NCBI GenBank assembly: GCA_963668625.2
Contig: CAXXKA010000008.1
Location: 1,056,001-1,120,000 of the forward strand
Length of the DNA stretch: 64,000 nt
Reading direction: 5' to 3'
Source: an uncultured candidate division Zixibacteria bacterium
GTDB lineage: Bacteria > Zixibacteria > MSB-5A5 > UBA10806 > 4484-95
Shown: positions 41,201 through 50,536 of the stretch, in pieces
Position numbering within the stretch: the stretch's first letter is position 1
How the letters are laid out: each line of letters begins with the position of its first letter
The notes under the pieces: model-generated
What the model was told of the DNA's origin: nothing
What the model saw: only the letters and a program-made list of their open reading frames with translations
Database searches by the model: none
Translations under genes and position numbers: made by a program

Positions 41201-41477
41201 GACCTCCCTGACCACTATTGCCGGGCTGGGCCCGTTAATTTTCGAAAGCAGTTTTCACGCCCAATTCCTTTCCCCGATGGCGATTTCGGTGGCTTACGGT
41301 TTGTTATTCGGAACCGTGTTGACTCTGTTATTATTACCGGCATTGATGGTAATAGTTAACCGTTTCAAGATATGGACCGGGCGTGTATTTGCCGGAATAG
41401 AGTTCACTCCAGAGGCTGTCGAACCGGCGATGCGTGAGGAAAGATTCACCAGGGAACAAAATATTAAAGAGGTATAG
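38298..41477 (+). pseudogene. RND efflux permease broken by many frameshifts (pseudogene or sequencing errors)
   Basis: Consecutive AcrB-like fragments in changing frames (YPGASPEEIEE, ILVDDGIVIGENI, GIVINDSLV, RFRPVLLT); roughly ten or more indels in 38.35-40.37 kb. Confidence 0.85.
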
Positions 41478-42775
41478 TGATGAAGATAAAAATCATGTTT
41501 ACGCTGTTTGTCGCGATTGTTATCTGCTTACCCGTGTACGGGCAGGAGATGCTCTCTCTGGATGATGCAATCGTCATCGCGCTCGAGGGCAATCATGATA
41601 TTCGAATCGCCCGCAACGATCAGAAGATCACCGATAACCAGGTAGGCCTCGGAAACGCTGGACTGCTGCCGAAAGTCGATCTGGTTGCGGTCAGCAGGTA
41701 CCTCGATGAGACACTGCCCGATTCGTTAGCTGGGGTAACTACCCGGACAACAACCAATACTGCCCAAATACAGGCCAGCTATACGCTGTTCGATGGTTTA
41801 AACAATATTTATACTTACAAGCTTCTAAAAGCAGGCGGACAGCAGGGGGAACTTCAAAGCAGAAACACAATCGAGCAAACCGTTCTTCAGGTTAGCCAAG
41901 CGTATTACGATGTTTCGAGCGCTTACGAACAACTGACAATCACACGCGAGGCGCTGGCAATCTCCAACGATCGACTGGCGCGCGCGCGCAAACGCGCCGA
42001 ATACGGCCAGGCCAACACTATCGAGGTACTTTCCGCTGAGGTCGATTTGAACACCGACAGCACCTCCGTTTTGAATGCGGCGCTGGCTTTTGATGAGGCT
42101 CGCCGGAATTTAAACGTACTTTTGAATCGTGATATAAACACTGAATTCGCGGTCGATACGGATGTTGATTATATCGATAATCCGGGGCTGGAATATTACA
42201 ATAACCACGCTTTCGAAAATAATGCGAGCTACCTTATGGCGCTTAACTATCTCAAGCAGGCTAAATACGGCCTGGCCATAGCCAACTCCAGTTTCCTTCC
42301 CGAATTGAGCCTTTCTGCATACTATGGCTATATGCAATCTTCTCCCGATTTCAAGATCGATTACAACGATCCGATTAAGGACATGTCGGTTTCGGCGACT
42401 CTGAGTTTCAACCTGTTTAACGGATTCCGCGATAAGATCAACCGCCAAAACGCAAAACTTTCGGTAAAAAATAACCAGTTGTATATAGATCAACTGGAAT
42501 TGCAGTTGGCCGGCGATATCATAAATGCCCACAAACTATATGAAAACAGTCTTACCGTATTGACGCTTCAACAAAGTAATTTGCGATCGGCGGATCTGAA
42601 TTTCAGTCGTACCGAGGAATTGTTCAATTTGGGGCAGGCTACCACCACGACATTCAGAGAAGCGCAGCTTAATTTGATACGGGCAAAAAGCAATATCTCG
42701 ACCGCCAAGTTCAATGCCAAGCTAAACGAGCTGCAATTACTCAGGCTTTCGGGTTTGTTATTGAGGCAAATTTAA
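41477..42775 (+). CDS. TolC-family outer membrane efflux protein
   Basis: LSLDDAI..AL..N, LLPKVDL, YTLFDG, two OEP repeats; last gene of the RND operon. Confidence 0.92.
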   Translation: MMKIKIMFTLFVAIVICLPVYGQEMLSLDDAIVIALEGNHDIRIARNDQKITDNQVGLGNAGLLPKVDLVAVSRYLDETLPDSLAGVTTRTTTNTAQIQASYTLFDGLNNIYTYKLLKAGGQQGELQSRNTIEQTVLQVSQAYYDVSSAYEQLTITREALAISNDRLARARKRAEYGQANTIEVLSAEVDLNTDSTSVLNAALAFDEARRNLNVLLNRDINTEFAVDTDVDYIDNPGLEYYNNHAFENNASYLMALNYLKQAKYGLAIANSSFLPELSLSAYYGYMQSSPDFKIDYNDPIKDMSVSATLSFNLFNGFRDKINRQNAKLSVKNNQLYIDQLELQLAGDIINAHKLYENSLTVLTLQQSNLRSADLNFSRTEELFNLGQATTTTFREAQLNLIRAKSNISTAKFNAKLNELQLLRLSGLLLRQI

Positions 42776-43027
42776 CTGATACGAGTAAAAGCCAGCCTTT
42801 ATAAGAAGGAATAAAATCATCCGTAAGGGCAAGACATGTCGTGCCTTTTGGGGGGTTGATGATATATTAGATTCATTATACCGCAAGTATTCCTTACGAG
42901 GTTTTCTCCACTCTGCGACTTTCTTTGAGGTCAGGCTAATTTTACGTTATTATCGAATCAGCCCTTGTTGAGTATAATATCGTTTAGTATATTGGCGTTT
43001 TTAATATAAAAGTGAAACGGAATAAGT

Positions 43028-44002
43028 ATGCCCCAAAATATCAACGCCCGTGAGGATTATATATCCCGCATAAATAAAGTGATGGACTATATCGAGGCCA
43101 ATCTCGATAGCGAATTACAGCTTAACGAACTGGCGAAAGTAGCTAGTTTCTCGCCATTCCATTTTCATCGCATTTTTAAAGGTATGGTCGGTGAGACCTT
43201 GCGAAATTACATTCAGAGATTGAGGGTTGAGAAAGCCGCTAACATGCTTCTGTTAATGCCGAAAAAATCGATCACCGAGGTTGCTTTGGATTGCGGTTTC
43301 GCATCCTCGGCTCATTTCGCGCGGGTGTTCAAGGAGACCTATGGTGTGAGCGCCAGCAAATGGCGTGAGGGGGGGTATAGCAATTTCAGAAAAACGGATG
43401 GCAAGGATAATCAATCATTGAGCAAGACCGTGAAAGAAACATCCGATATAGACAGTTATCTTGATCCAGTAACATCTAACATAATATGGAGGATTAAGAT
43501 GAGTGGCAAAAGCAATCTGGAATTGAAAGTGGTGGTCAGGGATATAGAGGATATACACGTTGTCTATATCAGGCATACCGGGCCGTATAAAGCCGATGAG
43601 GCCCTGTTCCAGCGTCTGTTCATGAAACTGGCGCAATGGGCGCAGCCGCGAGGGTTGTTCTCGCCGGAGACAAAGTCATTAACAATCTATCATGATGACC
43701 CGAATATCACCGATGAGGAGAAACTCCGGATAAGTGTCTGTTTCAGTGTGCCTGAGGGCACCGAGGTTGATGGCGAGATCGGCAAGACCACGATCAAGGC
43801 GGGCAAATACGCAGTTGCCAGTTTCGAGATCGGCTCCGACCAATTCGAGGAAGCCTGGACCTCGGTATACAGCGACTGGTTACCTCAAAGCGGCTATCAA
43901 CCGGATGACCGCCCGTGTTTCGAGCTTTGTCTCAACGATCCCAGGACGCATCCCGAGGGCAAGCATATTGTCGATATCTACGTGCCGGTCAAGCCGCTGT
44001 AG
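43028..44002 (+). CDS. AraC-family regulator with GyrI-like effector domain
   Basis: FSPFHFHRIFK, SITEVALDCGF.S..HF.R.FK; C-terminal HTGPY, YHDDP, WLPQSGY. Confidence 0.95.
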   Translation: MPQNINAREDYISRINKVMDYIEANLDSELQLNELAKVASFSPFHFHRIFKGMVGETLRNYIQRLRVEKAANMLLLMPKKSITEVALDCGFASSAHFARVFKETYGVSASKWREGGYSNFRKTDGKDNQSLSKTVKETSDIDSYLDPVTSNIIWRIKMSGKSNLELKVVVRDIEDIHVVYIRHTGPYKADEALFQRLFMKLAQWAQPRGLFSPETKSLTIYHDDPNITDEEKLRISVCFSVPEGTEVDGEIGKTTIKAGKYAVASFEIGSDQFEEAWTSVYSDWLPQSGYQPDDRPCFELCLNDPRTHPEGKHIVDIYVPVKPL

Positions 44003-44097
44003 ATATTCGCTTGAGATGAGTACAGGTGTCAGGATGAAAGCGAGGCGACATCCTGACACAGTTTTAATTCCGGGCATCAAACCGATACAATGACAGG

Positions 44098-44580
44098 TTA
44101 TCTTACCGAATCCTTACTGAAAATGTAACCGGCGTTGCGACGGTATTTGCCATCCTTACGAGTCATCATTTTCTCCATGATGAATTCCCGACGCACGAAA
44201 CAGAAATCCTCGTGGTATTTCAGGATTATCTCGTTTACCTCTTTTTCGGGGTAGACACGATTGAACTCGAAATCCTTGAGTATGAATTCGAGAATGTATT
44301 TCCTTTTCTTGCGTTGCGCCGGCAAAGTCTGGAAATAGCCGTCAACCATGAAATTATTAACTACCTTCTTACCGGGATCGGCTTGAGATTTATTGGAATG
44401 CTTTTCCAACCACTGAATTAGATCCGATTCCTTGATCCGCCAATCCTTACCGATTTTATAACCCGGTATCTCTCCGTACTTTAGCTTACGTGAAATGACC
44501 TGCACATTCATTTTCAGTAATTCAGCAACCTCGGTAGTGGTGTAGAATTTGAGTTCCGGCGTATTGTCCAATTCGTTCAT
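44098..44580 (-). CDS. Excisionase-type HTH (HTH_17) fused to DUF2087
   Basis: YTTTEVAELL....IPGYKIGKDWRI; LPAQRKKR..IL..I...F.....Y.EKEVN.II..YHEDF..VRRE. Confidence 0.8.
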   Translation of the reverse strand: MNELDNTPELKFYTTTEVAELLKMNVQVISRKLKYGEIPGYKIGKDWRIKESDLIQWLEKHSNKSQADPGKKVVNNFMVDGYFQTLPAQRKKRKYILEFILKDFEFNRVYPEKEVNEIILKYHEDFCFVRREFIMEKMMTRKDGKYRRNAGYIFSKDSVR

Positions 44581-44721
44581 TTATTCCTCACTATTATTCA
44601 CTATTGATCATTATATCATTCTTTAGTGTATTATAATGTATTTTGCAGTATTATCAAGTGTTTTGTTGGTGGTGTCCTTATTTGAAATTCTCGCAGACTG
44701 AACAAATGTTCAGGAGGTAAG

Positions 44722-45035
44722 ATGCTTGATTATAAACCGGAAAAAAAGAAAAATTTTTTCCACCATTAGATAAGGGGATAAAGACATATGTCTTAATTTT
44801 GCGTGATAATGGAGTTGAAACCTATGAATCGTGTGAAGGAGGTGAAGGCCATGCGTTTCCAGAACCAACGATTCGATTTGATGGCGAATATTATGCTGGT
44901 TTTGAAGCTCTTGCGATTGCTTTGGCTTATAATCTACCAGTCTCGGAACTAAGAAGGGTCTATTCTATAGATAACGGTGAACCAACTGGGCCGTGGTGGG
45001 AGCTGACCTTCACCCCTACCACAGATTTGATTTAG
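44722..45035 (+). CDS. Small hypothetical protein; frameshift in the A-run at 44741-44747
   Basis: AGGAGG plus ATG 44722; one extra A restores MLDYKPEKKEKFFPPLDKGIKTYVLILRDNGVETYESCEGGEGH... Confidence 0.6.
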
Positions 45036-45199
45036 TGCTTGTGTTTATGACCGGATTTTTGACATTCCTTGCAAAGACGTTTTCCGCCTTTCCCGGGTGT
45101 CATATTTCTATCTTCAATGTTATTGCCGGTTGTACAGTTTGTGTCATTGTGGTAGACATTAGTTTGTTGTTTCGAGTGCCAGGGTTTCTTTTTAGCCAT
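45032..45199 (-). CDS. 55-aa His/Cys-rich putative metal-binding microprotein (not in ORF track)
   Basis: AAAGGAG RBS; MAKKKPWHSKQQTNVYHNDTNCTTGNNIEDRNMTPGKGGKRLCKECQKSGHKHKH*. Confidence 0.7.
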   Translation of the reverse strand: MAKKKPWHSKQQTNVYHNDTNCTTGNNIEDRNMTPGKGGKRLCKECQKSGHKHKH

Positions 45200-45234
45200 G
45201 ATTTGCTCCTTTTTTGATTGGTTCTTTGAAAATA

Positions 45235-45621
45235 GAATTTTAAGCGACCCAATGGCGATACGGCTTTTCTTTCCCCCGTGTCCTCAAGTGTTTTTCGGTT
45301 CCTCATACGAGACCTGCCGAAGCGCAAAAGAGGGGAGCTCTCTCGTAAAGTATCGCCTGCAATATCCTGTTAAGGACCATCGTTATTAAGGTAACGTAGT
45401 GGGGCCATCTGAGGCGACCTAAACCAACAATGTCGGTTCGGTTCGTGTCATCCGGTTATCCCTTCTTGCATTTATGGGTCTTTTCCACCCCGTGTTTACG
45501 AGACCTAATTATCCTTAACTAATTAGGTAGTGCCTTGGGGGCGTCCAAAAATTTCCTAAAAACATCACCTATCCTTTCGGGAATGAGTTGAAGGTTATTA
45601 ACGGATGCCCCTTTCGGGGTT
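45235..45621 (-). ncRNA. Candidate large structured RNA downstream of the transposase
   Basis: Several GAAA/UUCG-capped hairpins and nested long-range helices; no convincing ORF. Confidence 0.4.
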
Positions 45622-46434
45622 CTATATCAAAATCTCCTGCCAATTACCAAAACGAGTTGTAATGCCTGCGGCAATTGCAGGGGTTGTTTTTAGTGTTCTA
45701 TGAAGCCTTATAAAGTTGTAGTGCCAGAAGTGAAGTGCTAAGGCCGCCTTTAAATTAGCTAATTTCTTTGAAAATGCAATAGTTAATCTATTCAATCGTT
45801 TCATATAGGTTCTCATGGTAAGATTCTGCCTTTCAATATAAGACGTGCAAATCTTGTCAGGGTCAGGGTTTCCGCATATTATACTTATATCAATATCCTT
45901 TAATCGTGATGGGCTATAGCCCTCTCTTTTTATATTACCGTCACTGTGATAGCGTTTCGATAATTGGGCATAATGAATCATTGTACCGAATGTCCAGAGA
46001 ACAGCACCAGTATAGCCGTTAAAGCCGTCTGTGGTTAATTGAAAGTTCGGTTTTACACGCCGTTTTAATTGTCTCATAAACATATAGGCGTAATCTGAGG
46101 TTCTTTGACCGACTAAATATAGCGGGACGAGTTTAGTGTCTCTATCCATAGCGACATATACATAATGACTGCCGAGTCCGTCACTATCCCACGGCTTTAC
46201 GTTTGTTTGTTTCTTGCCTACATACGTCCAGATTTCATCACACTCTAAATGCTTACATTCTAAATCGTGAAAACATTGACTCATGTAGTAGAGGCAATTT
46301 TCCCCTGCACTAACCATTAATCGCATAATAGTATCCCTGTGAACGCCTGTGATGCGTTCTATGCCCCGTATGCTATTGCCCTCTACCAGTAAATTCAAAA
46401 TCATTTCCTGTTTTTCTGTTTTAAGTCGGTTCAT
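45622..46434 (-). CDS. IS1-family DDE transposase
   Basis: EGNSIRGIERITGVHRDTI HTH, ECDEIWTYVGKK, TTDG, TSYIERQNLTMR..RL.R.T.AFSKK; start re-assigned to ATG 46434. Confidence 0.88.
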   Translation of the reverse strand: MNRLKTEKQEMILNLLVEGNSIRGIERITGVHRDTIMRLMVSAGENCLYYMSQCFHDLECKHLECDEIWTYVGKKQTNVKPWDSDGLGSHYVYVAMDRDTKLVPLYLVGQRTSDYAYMFMRQLKRRVKPNFQLTTDGFNGYTGAVLWTFGTMIHYAQLSKRYHSDGNIKREGYSPSRLKDIDISIICGNPDPDKICTSYIERQNLTMRTYMKRLNRLTIAFSKKLANLKAALALHFWHYNFIRLHRTLKTTPAIAAGITTRFGNWQEILI

Positions 46435-46444
46435 GGCTTTTCCC

Positions 46445-46555
46445 TTGACTATTTGAGCGGGAAAGCCGATAATTAACATGGTTCGACTAAGCGGCTCACC
46501 CCGCTTGGTTGATACTTACCCGTCCCGATGTGACCGCATCGGGCGGGAGTTTTTA
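46445..46555 (+). ncRNA. Promoter plus two-hairpin small RNA antisense to the transposase leader
   Basis: TTGACT-17-GATAAT, hairpins 46483-46512 and 46519-46547, T-run. Confidence 0.5.
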
Positions 46556-46662
46556 AGGGGGATAGCCTATCGGAAAACCGACAGACTATCCAGAAAAAAA
46601 TATTTAAGTTTTTATAGGTGGTGGCGGGCGTGGTATAATTAGGCAAGTTTTTAAGAAAACAC

Positions 46663-46760
46663 TTGCCAAACCAATGTAATTATTGTATAATAACATCACA
46701 ATCGAACCCCTTCCAAAGGGTTTAAAGTTGGCCGGACTGCTGCAATCAGTTCGGCTTTTT
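46663..46760 (+). ncRNA. Second promoter plus two-hairpin small RNA
   Basis: TTGCCA-17-TATAAT, AACCC/GGGTT hairpin, GCCGGACTG/CAGTTCGGC hairpin, T-run. Confidence 0.45.
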
Positions 46761-47184
46761 AATTGTTAGGTTCTTGCGAACCAGCAACGTCAGGCCTTAA
46801 TGCCTTATAGAGGCCTACATCAACCTTCTCGATCTTTTTGCCCTTGACCAAGTTACTAAGCATGGCAAACATAGCCCCTTCAAAGCTTTTGGCTGTAGAT
46901 TTATAGCCTTTTCTTAGTACTATTTGCCTGATTTGTTTAGCCCTTAATGATTTAGGGTAAACTTCTGTCAGGGTTTGGACAACATAAGATCCTAAAGACT
47001 GAGGCGTGCTATTATCGGTTGTAAGGTCAAAAGTCTCGCCCTCTGTCTCAACATTTAGGGGGATTTGCCCTTGATACCTATTAAGCATACGCCTAACTGC
47101 CTCTAAGTCAGCGTTTAACGCCTTGATCTGTTGCGTTAAGTCTTGTTCAATCTTTTGTAGGTTTTGTACAATTTCTTTACTCAT
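46759..47184 (-). CDS. Coiled-coil plus winged-helix DNA-binding protein, probably from a leaderless mRNA
   Basis: TTGTGT-17-TATATT-6 nt-ATG(47184); N-terminal heptads, C-terminal wHTH-like (MLSNLVKGKKIEKVDVGLY). Confidence 0.65.
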   Translation of the reverse strand: MSKEIVQNLQKIEQDLTQQIKALNADLEAVRRMLNRYQGQIPLNVETEGETFDLTTDNSTPQSLGSYVVQTLTEVYPKSLRAKQIRQIVLRKGYKSTAKSFEGAMFAMLSNLVKGKKIEKVDVGLYKALRPDVAGSQEPNN

Positions 47185-47257
47185 ACCCCAAATATAACAT
47201 AAATGATTCTGGAACACAAGTATTTTTTTAAGAAATCTTGGTTTTTCTTGCATTAGT

Positions 47258-47299
47258 GTGGGTTTACTTGTGGGTTTACTTGTGGGTTTACTTATGGGT
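47258..47299. repeat. 12-bp tandem repeat, about 3.5 copies
   Basis: GTGGGTTTACTT x3 plus ATGGGT. Confidence 0.9.
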
Positions 47300-47381
47300 A
47301 TGTTATTATCTATAGACATATATAGCCTCTTTTGTTTTTAAATTAGGTAAAAGAAAGGAAAATAAAATTGAGGAATTAAAA

Positions 47382-47648
47382 ATGAAAAAAAAGAATAAGA
47401 AACTGACCTTTCCTGGTTTCCAAGCGCTGCTTGGAAACCTTCTTGAGTTATGTAGAATACGCATTCTGCAGGCAAACAAGCCATGTTACGAAGCAGCGCC
47501 TCTCAACGAGATGGAAAGACCAGACAGTAGTGATGTACAAATTTTATCGAAGTTAGGATTCCCAGATTATGTCCCAATCCCCCTTTCAGCCGTAACTTAT
47601 CCTCCGGCCTTGCGTATCATTTTATGTGTCAGTTACATAATAACTTAA
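47382..47648 (+). CDS. Hypothetical protein (doubtful)
   Basis: GAGGA RBS and ATG; no motif recognised. Confidence 0.35.
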   Translation: MKKKNKKLTFPGFQALLGNLLELCRIRILQANKPCYEAAPLNEMERPDSSDVQILSKLGFPDYVPIPLSAVTYPPALRIILCVSYIIT

Positions 47649-47657
47649 TAATACCGT

Positions 47658-48350
47658 ATGGACGCGATGAGCAATCCCTGGATCAAGATAGAGAACATAT
47701 CACGGCATTATAAACGAGCCAGATCAACCGTGCGAGCCCTGGATGGCGTTTCGATTGCCATAAAACGCGGTGAGTTCGTGGCCATTGTCGGCTCCTCGGG
47801 CTCGGGTAAATCCACGCTTCTAAATCTGATAGCCGGACTCGATCATCCCACCGCCGGTAGTATCATCCTCGATGGCCTCGACTTGAACGATCTAACACCG
47901 CGCGCCAAAGCCAGAATCAGGGCCGAGAAAATCGGTATGGTGTTCCAATCGTTTAACCTTCTGCCGCAACACTCGGCGATAATGAATGTCGAGATGGCCC
48001 TGTATTTCGATAAGATGCCCCGGCATAAACGTCACGGGAAAGCTCTCGAGACTATGGAGAAACTGGGCCTGGCGGAGCGTTTAAACCATCGCCCGGCAGA
48101 TTTATCCGGCGGCGAACAACAGCGGGTGGCATTCGCCAGGGCGCTGGTGAAATCACCGGAGCTGCTTCTGGCGGATGAGCCAACCGGCAATCTCGATAAG
48201 GATAACTCAGCGATAATCATGGGATTAATGAAAGAGCTTAATTCCGGCGGGCAAACTATTATCATGGTAACGCACGACTTGAAATCGGCGGAGCAGATCG
48301 CCGACAGGCTTATAAGATTAAATTACGGAAAACTTTCCGAGGATAGTTAG
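47658..48350 (+). CDS. ABC transporter ATP-binding protein (LolD/MacB type)
   Basis: GSSGSGKS, VFQSFNL, LSGGEQQRV, LLADEPTGNLD. Confidence 0.95.
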   Translation: MDAMSNPWIKIENISRHYKRARSTVRALDGVSIAIKRGEFVAIVGSSGSGKSTLLNLIAGLDHPTAGSIILDGLDLNDLTPRAKARIRAEKIGMVFQSFNLLPQHSAIMNVEMALYFDKMPRHKRHGKALETMEKLGLAERLNHRPADLSGGEQQRVAFARALVKSPELLLADEPTGNLDKDNSAIIMGLMKELNSGGQTIIMVTHDLKSAEQIADRLIRLNYGKLSEDS

Positions 48351-48363
48351 AGGATATAGCGGT

Positions 48364-49833
48364 ATGACTTTCAGAGATTTAGTCGAGCTGTCGTTTTCCA
48401 ATCTCTACCGGACAAAACTTCGCACCCTGCTAACCGTGAGTGGCGTCATTATTGCTATATCAACATTTACGGCTATGATCTCGTTCGGCGCGGGCAATCA
48501 GCAACTGGTCAACGATACGTATAAGGATCTGGGCTTATTTACCAGTATGAAAGTTTACCCTATAGAATCCCCCGCCGAGGGTGATTCTATCGAACCGGGC
48601 ATACTTAATAAAGAGGCCGTATCGGAACTGGCTAAAATTCCGGGAGTTGTTTTAGCATATCCGTTCGTGGATTTCACCGTCACCGCCGGAGTGCTAGACA
48701 CCCAGATAACGAGCGAGGCGCGGGCTTTGCCGGTGGAGGCGCTCGATACTCCGATTATGCGAAAACTTCTCAATGGTTATGCGTTTTCCTCCGATTCGGC
48801 TAAAGAGGCGATAGTCACCCCGGCGTTCATCGAAAAGCTAAATACCGAATATCCCGATTCACTGATAGGCAAGGAACTGATCGTATCGCTTCAAATAGCC
48901 AGCCTCGATTCGGCTCTTATAAATGTTCTGGATGATAACGAAACCACATTATACGATAGATTCGAGGCTCTCGATCCCGATTCACTTCTGTATATGAAAT
49001 ATATCAGGCGAGTTGCCAGGCAGGAACTCGGCGAGGGAATCAAACGGTTAATCGATGGCTTTTTCAACCGCACCATGACAGTTGCCGATACCCTGACGAT
49101 AGTCGGGATAGGCGAAAAACAGCGTCAACGCCAGTTTACCCTTTCACCTATTGTCATGCCTGAGCGTACGGCCAGACTGTTGACCACCGCCGGTTTCGGT
49201 ATCGGAAACGACCCGCTTTCGCTTTTCGAGGCGATGAGAAGCGGCGAGTTTTTTCCGTCTGACGGCTCGGAGCGTGATGAGACTTATCCTCGGGTTACAT
49301 TGGAACTAGATCCGTATGTTTCTTACGAGGGCATTAAGGATTCTGTCGAGGCGATGGGATTCCGGGCGTTCAGTTATGCCGAGGAGTTCAAGGAGATACA
49401 GCGGTTCTTTCTGTATTTCAACGCTGCCCTGGGTGTTGTCGGTTTAATCGCTTTGATGACCGCCTCGCTGGGGATCATCAATACCCTGTTGATGTCCATA
49501 AACGAGCGCCGTAAGGAGATAGGTATTCTTCAATCGCTAGGCGCTTACCGCACCGATATATGGGTGATTTTCCTGTCGGAGTCGGGGGCCATCGGTTTTG
49601 CCGGGAGCGTATTCGGCATAATTTTCGGCTGGCTGGGTACACGAGCGATGGCATTCGTATTAAAACTTATAATGGAGAATGAGGGGATTCCGGTAGTCGA
49701 TCCGTTCGCGTTACCATTCTGGCTTATCGGTTTATCTATGGTTTTCGGGATTTCGGTCAGTATTCTTGCCGGCTTATACCCGGCAGCTAAAGCCGCCCGG
49801 GTGGATCCTGTAGAGGCATTGAGAGGCGAATAG
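48364..49833 (+). CDS. ABC transporter permease (MacB/FtsX type)
   Basis: RTLLT..GVII, GIINTLLMSINERRKEIG, GLYPA.KAA.VDPVEALR. Confidence 0.93.
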   Translation: MTFRDLVELSFSNLYRTKLRTLLTVSGVIIAISTFTAMISFGAGNQQLVNDTYKDLGLFTSMKVYPIESPAEGDSIEPGILNKEAVSELAKIPGVVLAYPFVDFTVTAGVLDTQITSEARALPVEALDTPIMRKLLNGYAFSSDSAKEAIVTPAFIEKLNTEYPDSLIGKELIVSLQIASLDSALINVLDDNETTLYDRFEALDPDSLLYMKYIRRVARQELGEGIKRLIDGFFNRTMTVADTLTIVGIGEKQRQRQFTLSPIVMPERTARLLTTAGFGIGNDPLSLFEAMRSGEFFPSDGSERDETYPRVTLELDPYVSYEGIKDSVEAMGFRAFSYAEEFKEIQRFFLYFNAALGVVGLIALMTASLGIINTLLMSINERRKEIGILQSLGAYRTDIWVIFLSESGAIGFAGSVFGIIFGWLGTRAMAFVLKLIMENEGIPVVDPFALPFWLIGLSMVFGISVSILAGLYPAAKAARVDPVEALRGE

Positions 49834-49837
49834 TCGA

Positions 49838-50521
49838 TTAATGTTTGGCGTGATGTTTATTTTTTGATTTGGGTTTATCCTTAAACAGCTTATCGTAAAT
49901 ATCAGGGTATAACTGCTCGGCGCAATCGGGGCATATGCCGTGACTGAATTGAACATCTGAATGGTCTTTCACATAAACCTCGACCTCGCTCCAATAGCCG
50001 TCATCATCCCTTACTTTCTTACAGTTGGCACAGATGGGCAGGAGGCCGCTGAGTATTTTAACATCCTCGAGCGCCTTGCTTAGCCGCGTATTCTTGTCTT
50101 TAAGCTCGTCTCTTTGACGGCGAATTTCCTTGTACGAGTCAGCCAGCATTAGAATGGAACGCACGCGAGCCATGATTTCTATTTTATCTATTGGCTTACG
50201 AATGAAGTCAACCGCGCCCGCCTCTAAGGCGGTTCGAAGGTTTTTGGAGGAGGTCATTACACCGCTGGCAACGATGACCGGGATGCTTTCGGTGATACTG
50301 TTTTTCTTGAGATTGATGATAGCCTCGATACCCGACATCCCCGGCATCTCCCAATCGGTGATAATCAAATCGGGAACGATTTTTTCGGCAAGTTTATAGC
50401 CCGATTCGCCATCGGTTGCCTGGTACATCTTGTAAGGCTCGCCGGTTTCCTCCAAATGATTTACTATAATTTCGATATTTATCGGTTGATCATCGATAAT
50501 CAGTATTTTGCGCTCATCCAT
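49838..50521 (-). CDS. Response regulator (REC plus C-terminal Cys/His motif)
   Basis: ILIIDD, DWEMPGMSG, DFIRKP; LPICANCKKVRDD.GYW...SHGICPDC. Confidence 0.92.
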   Translation of the reverse strand: MDERKILIIDDQPINIEIIVNHLEETGEPYKMYQATDGESGYKLAEKIVPDLIITDWEMPGMSGIEAIINLKKNSITESIPVIVASGVMTSSKNLRTALEAGAVDFIRKPIDKIEIMARVRSILMLADSYKEIRRQRDELKDKNTRLSKALEDVKILSGLLPICANCKKVRDDDGYWSEVEVYVKDHSDVQFSHGICPDCAEQLYPDIYDKLFKDKPKSKNKHHAKH

Positions 50522-50536
50522 AAATCTAACTCTTAT

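Larger units (their letters stand above)
44668..47655 (-). mobile_element. IS1-family element with passenger genes (right boundary uncertain)
   Basis: IS1-type transposase; GGTGGTGTCCTTATTTGAAAT at 44668 resembles an IS1-like end; tentative other end ...AATAATACC at 47655; no target duplication seen; lower GC than flanks. Confidence 0.55.

Noticed and set aside
45100-45327. 75-aa minus-strand ORF in the track
   Set aside because: The overlapping frame 45032-45199 has a strong RBS and a protein-like Cys/His pattern
45526-45540. GGTAGTGCCTT as an internal IS1 end
   Set aside because: Matches only the first bases of the end motif and overlaps a hairpin of the candidate RNA
47258-47299. CRISPR array
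   Set aside because: 12-bp contiguous repeats without spacers; no cas genes or repeat-spacer arrays seen in the window
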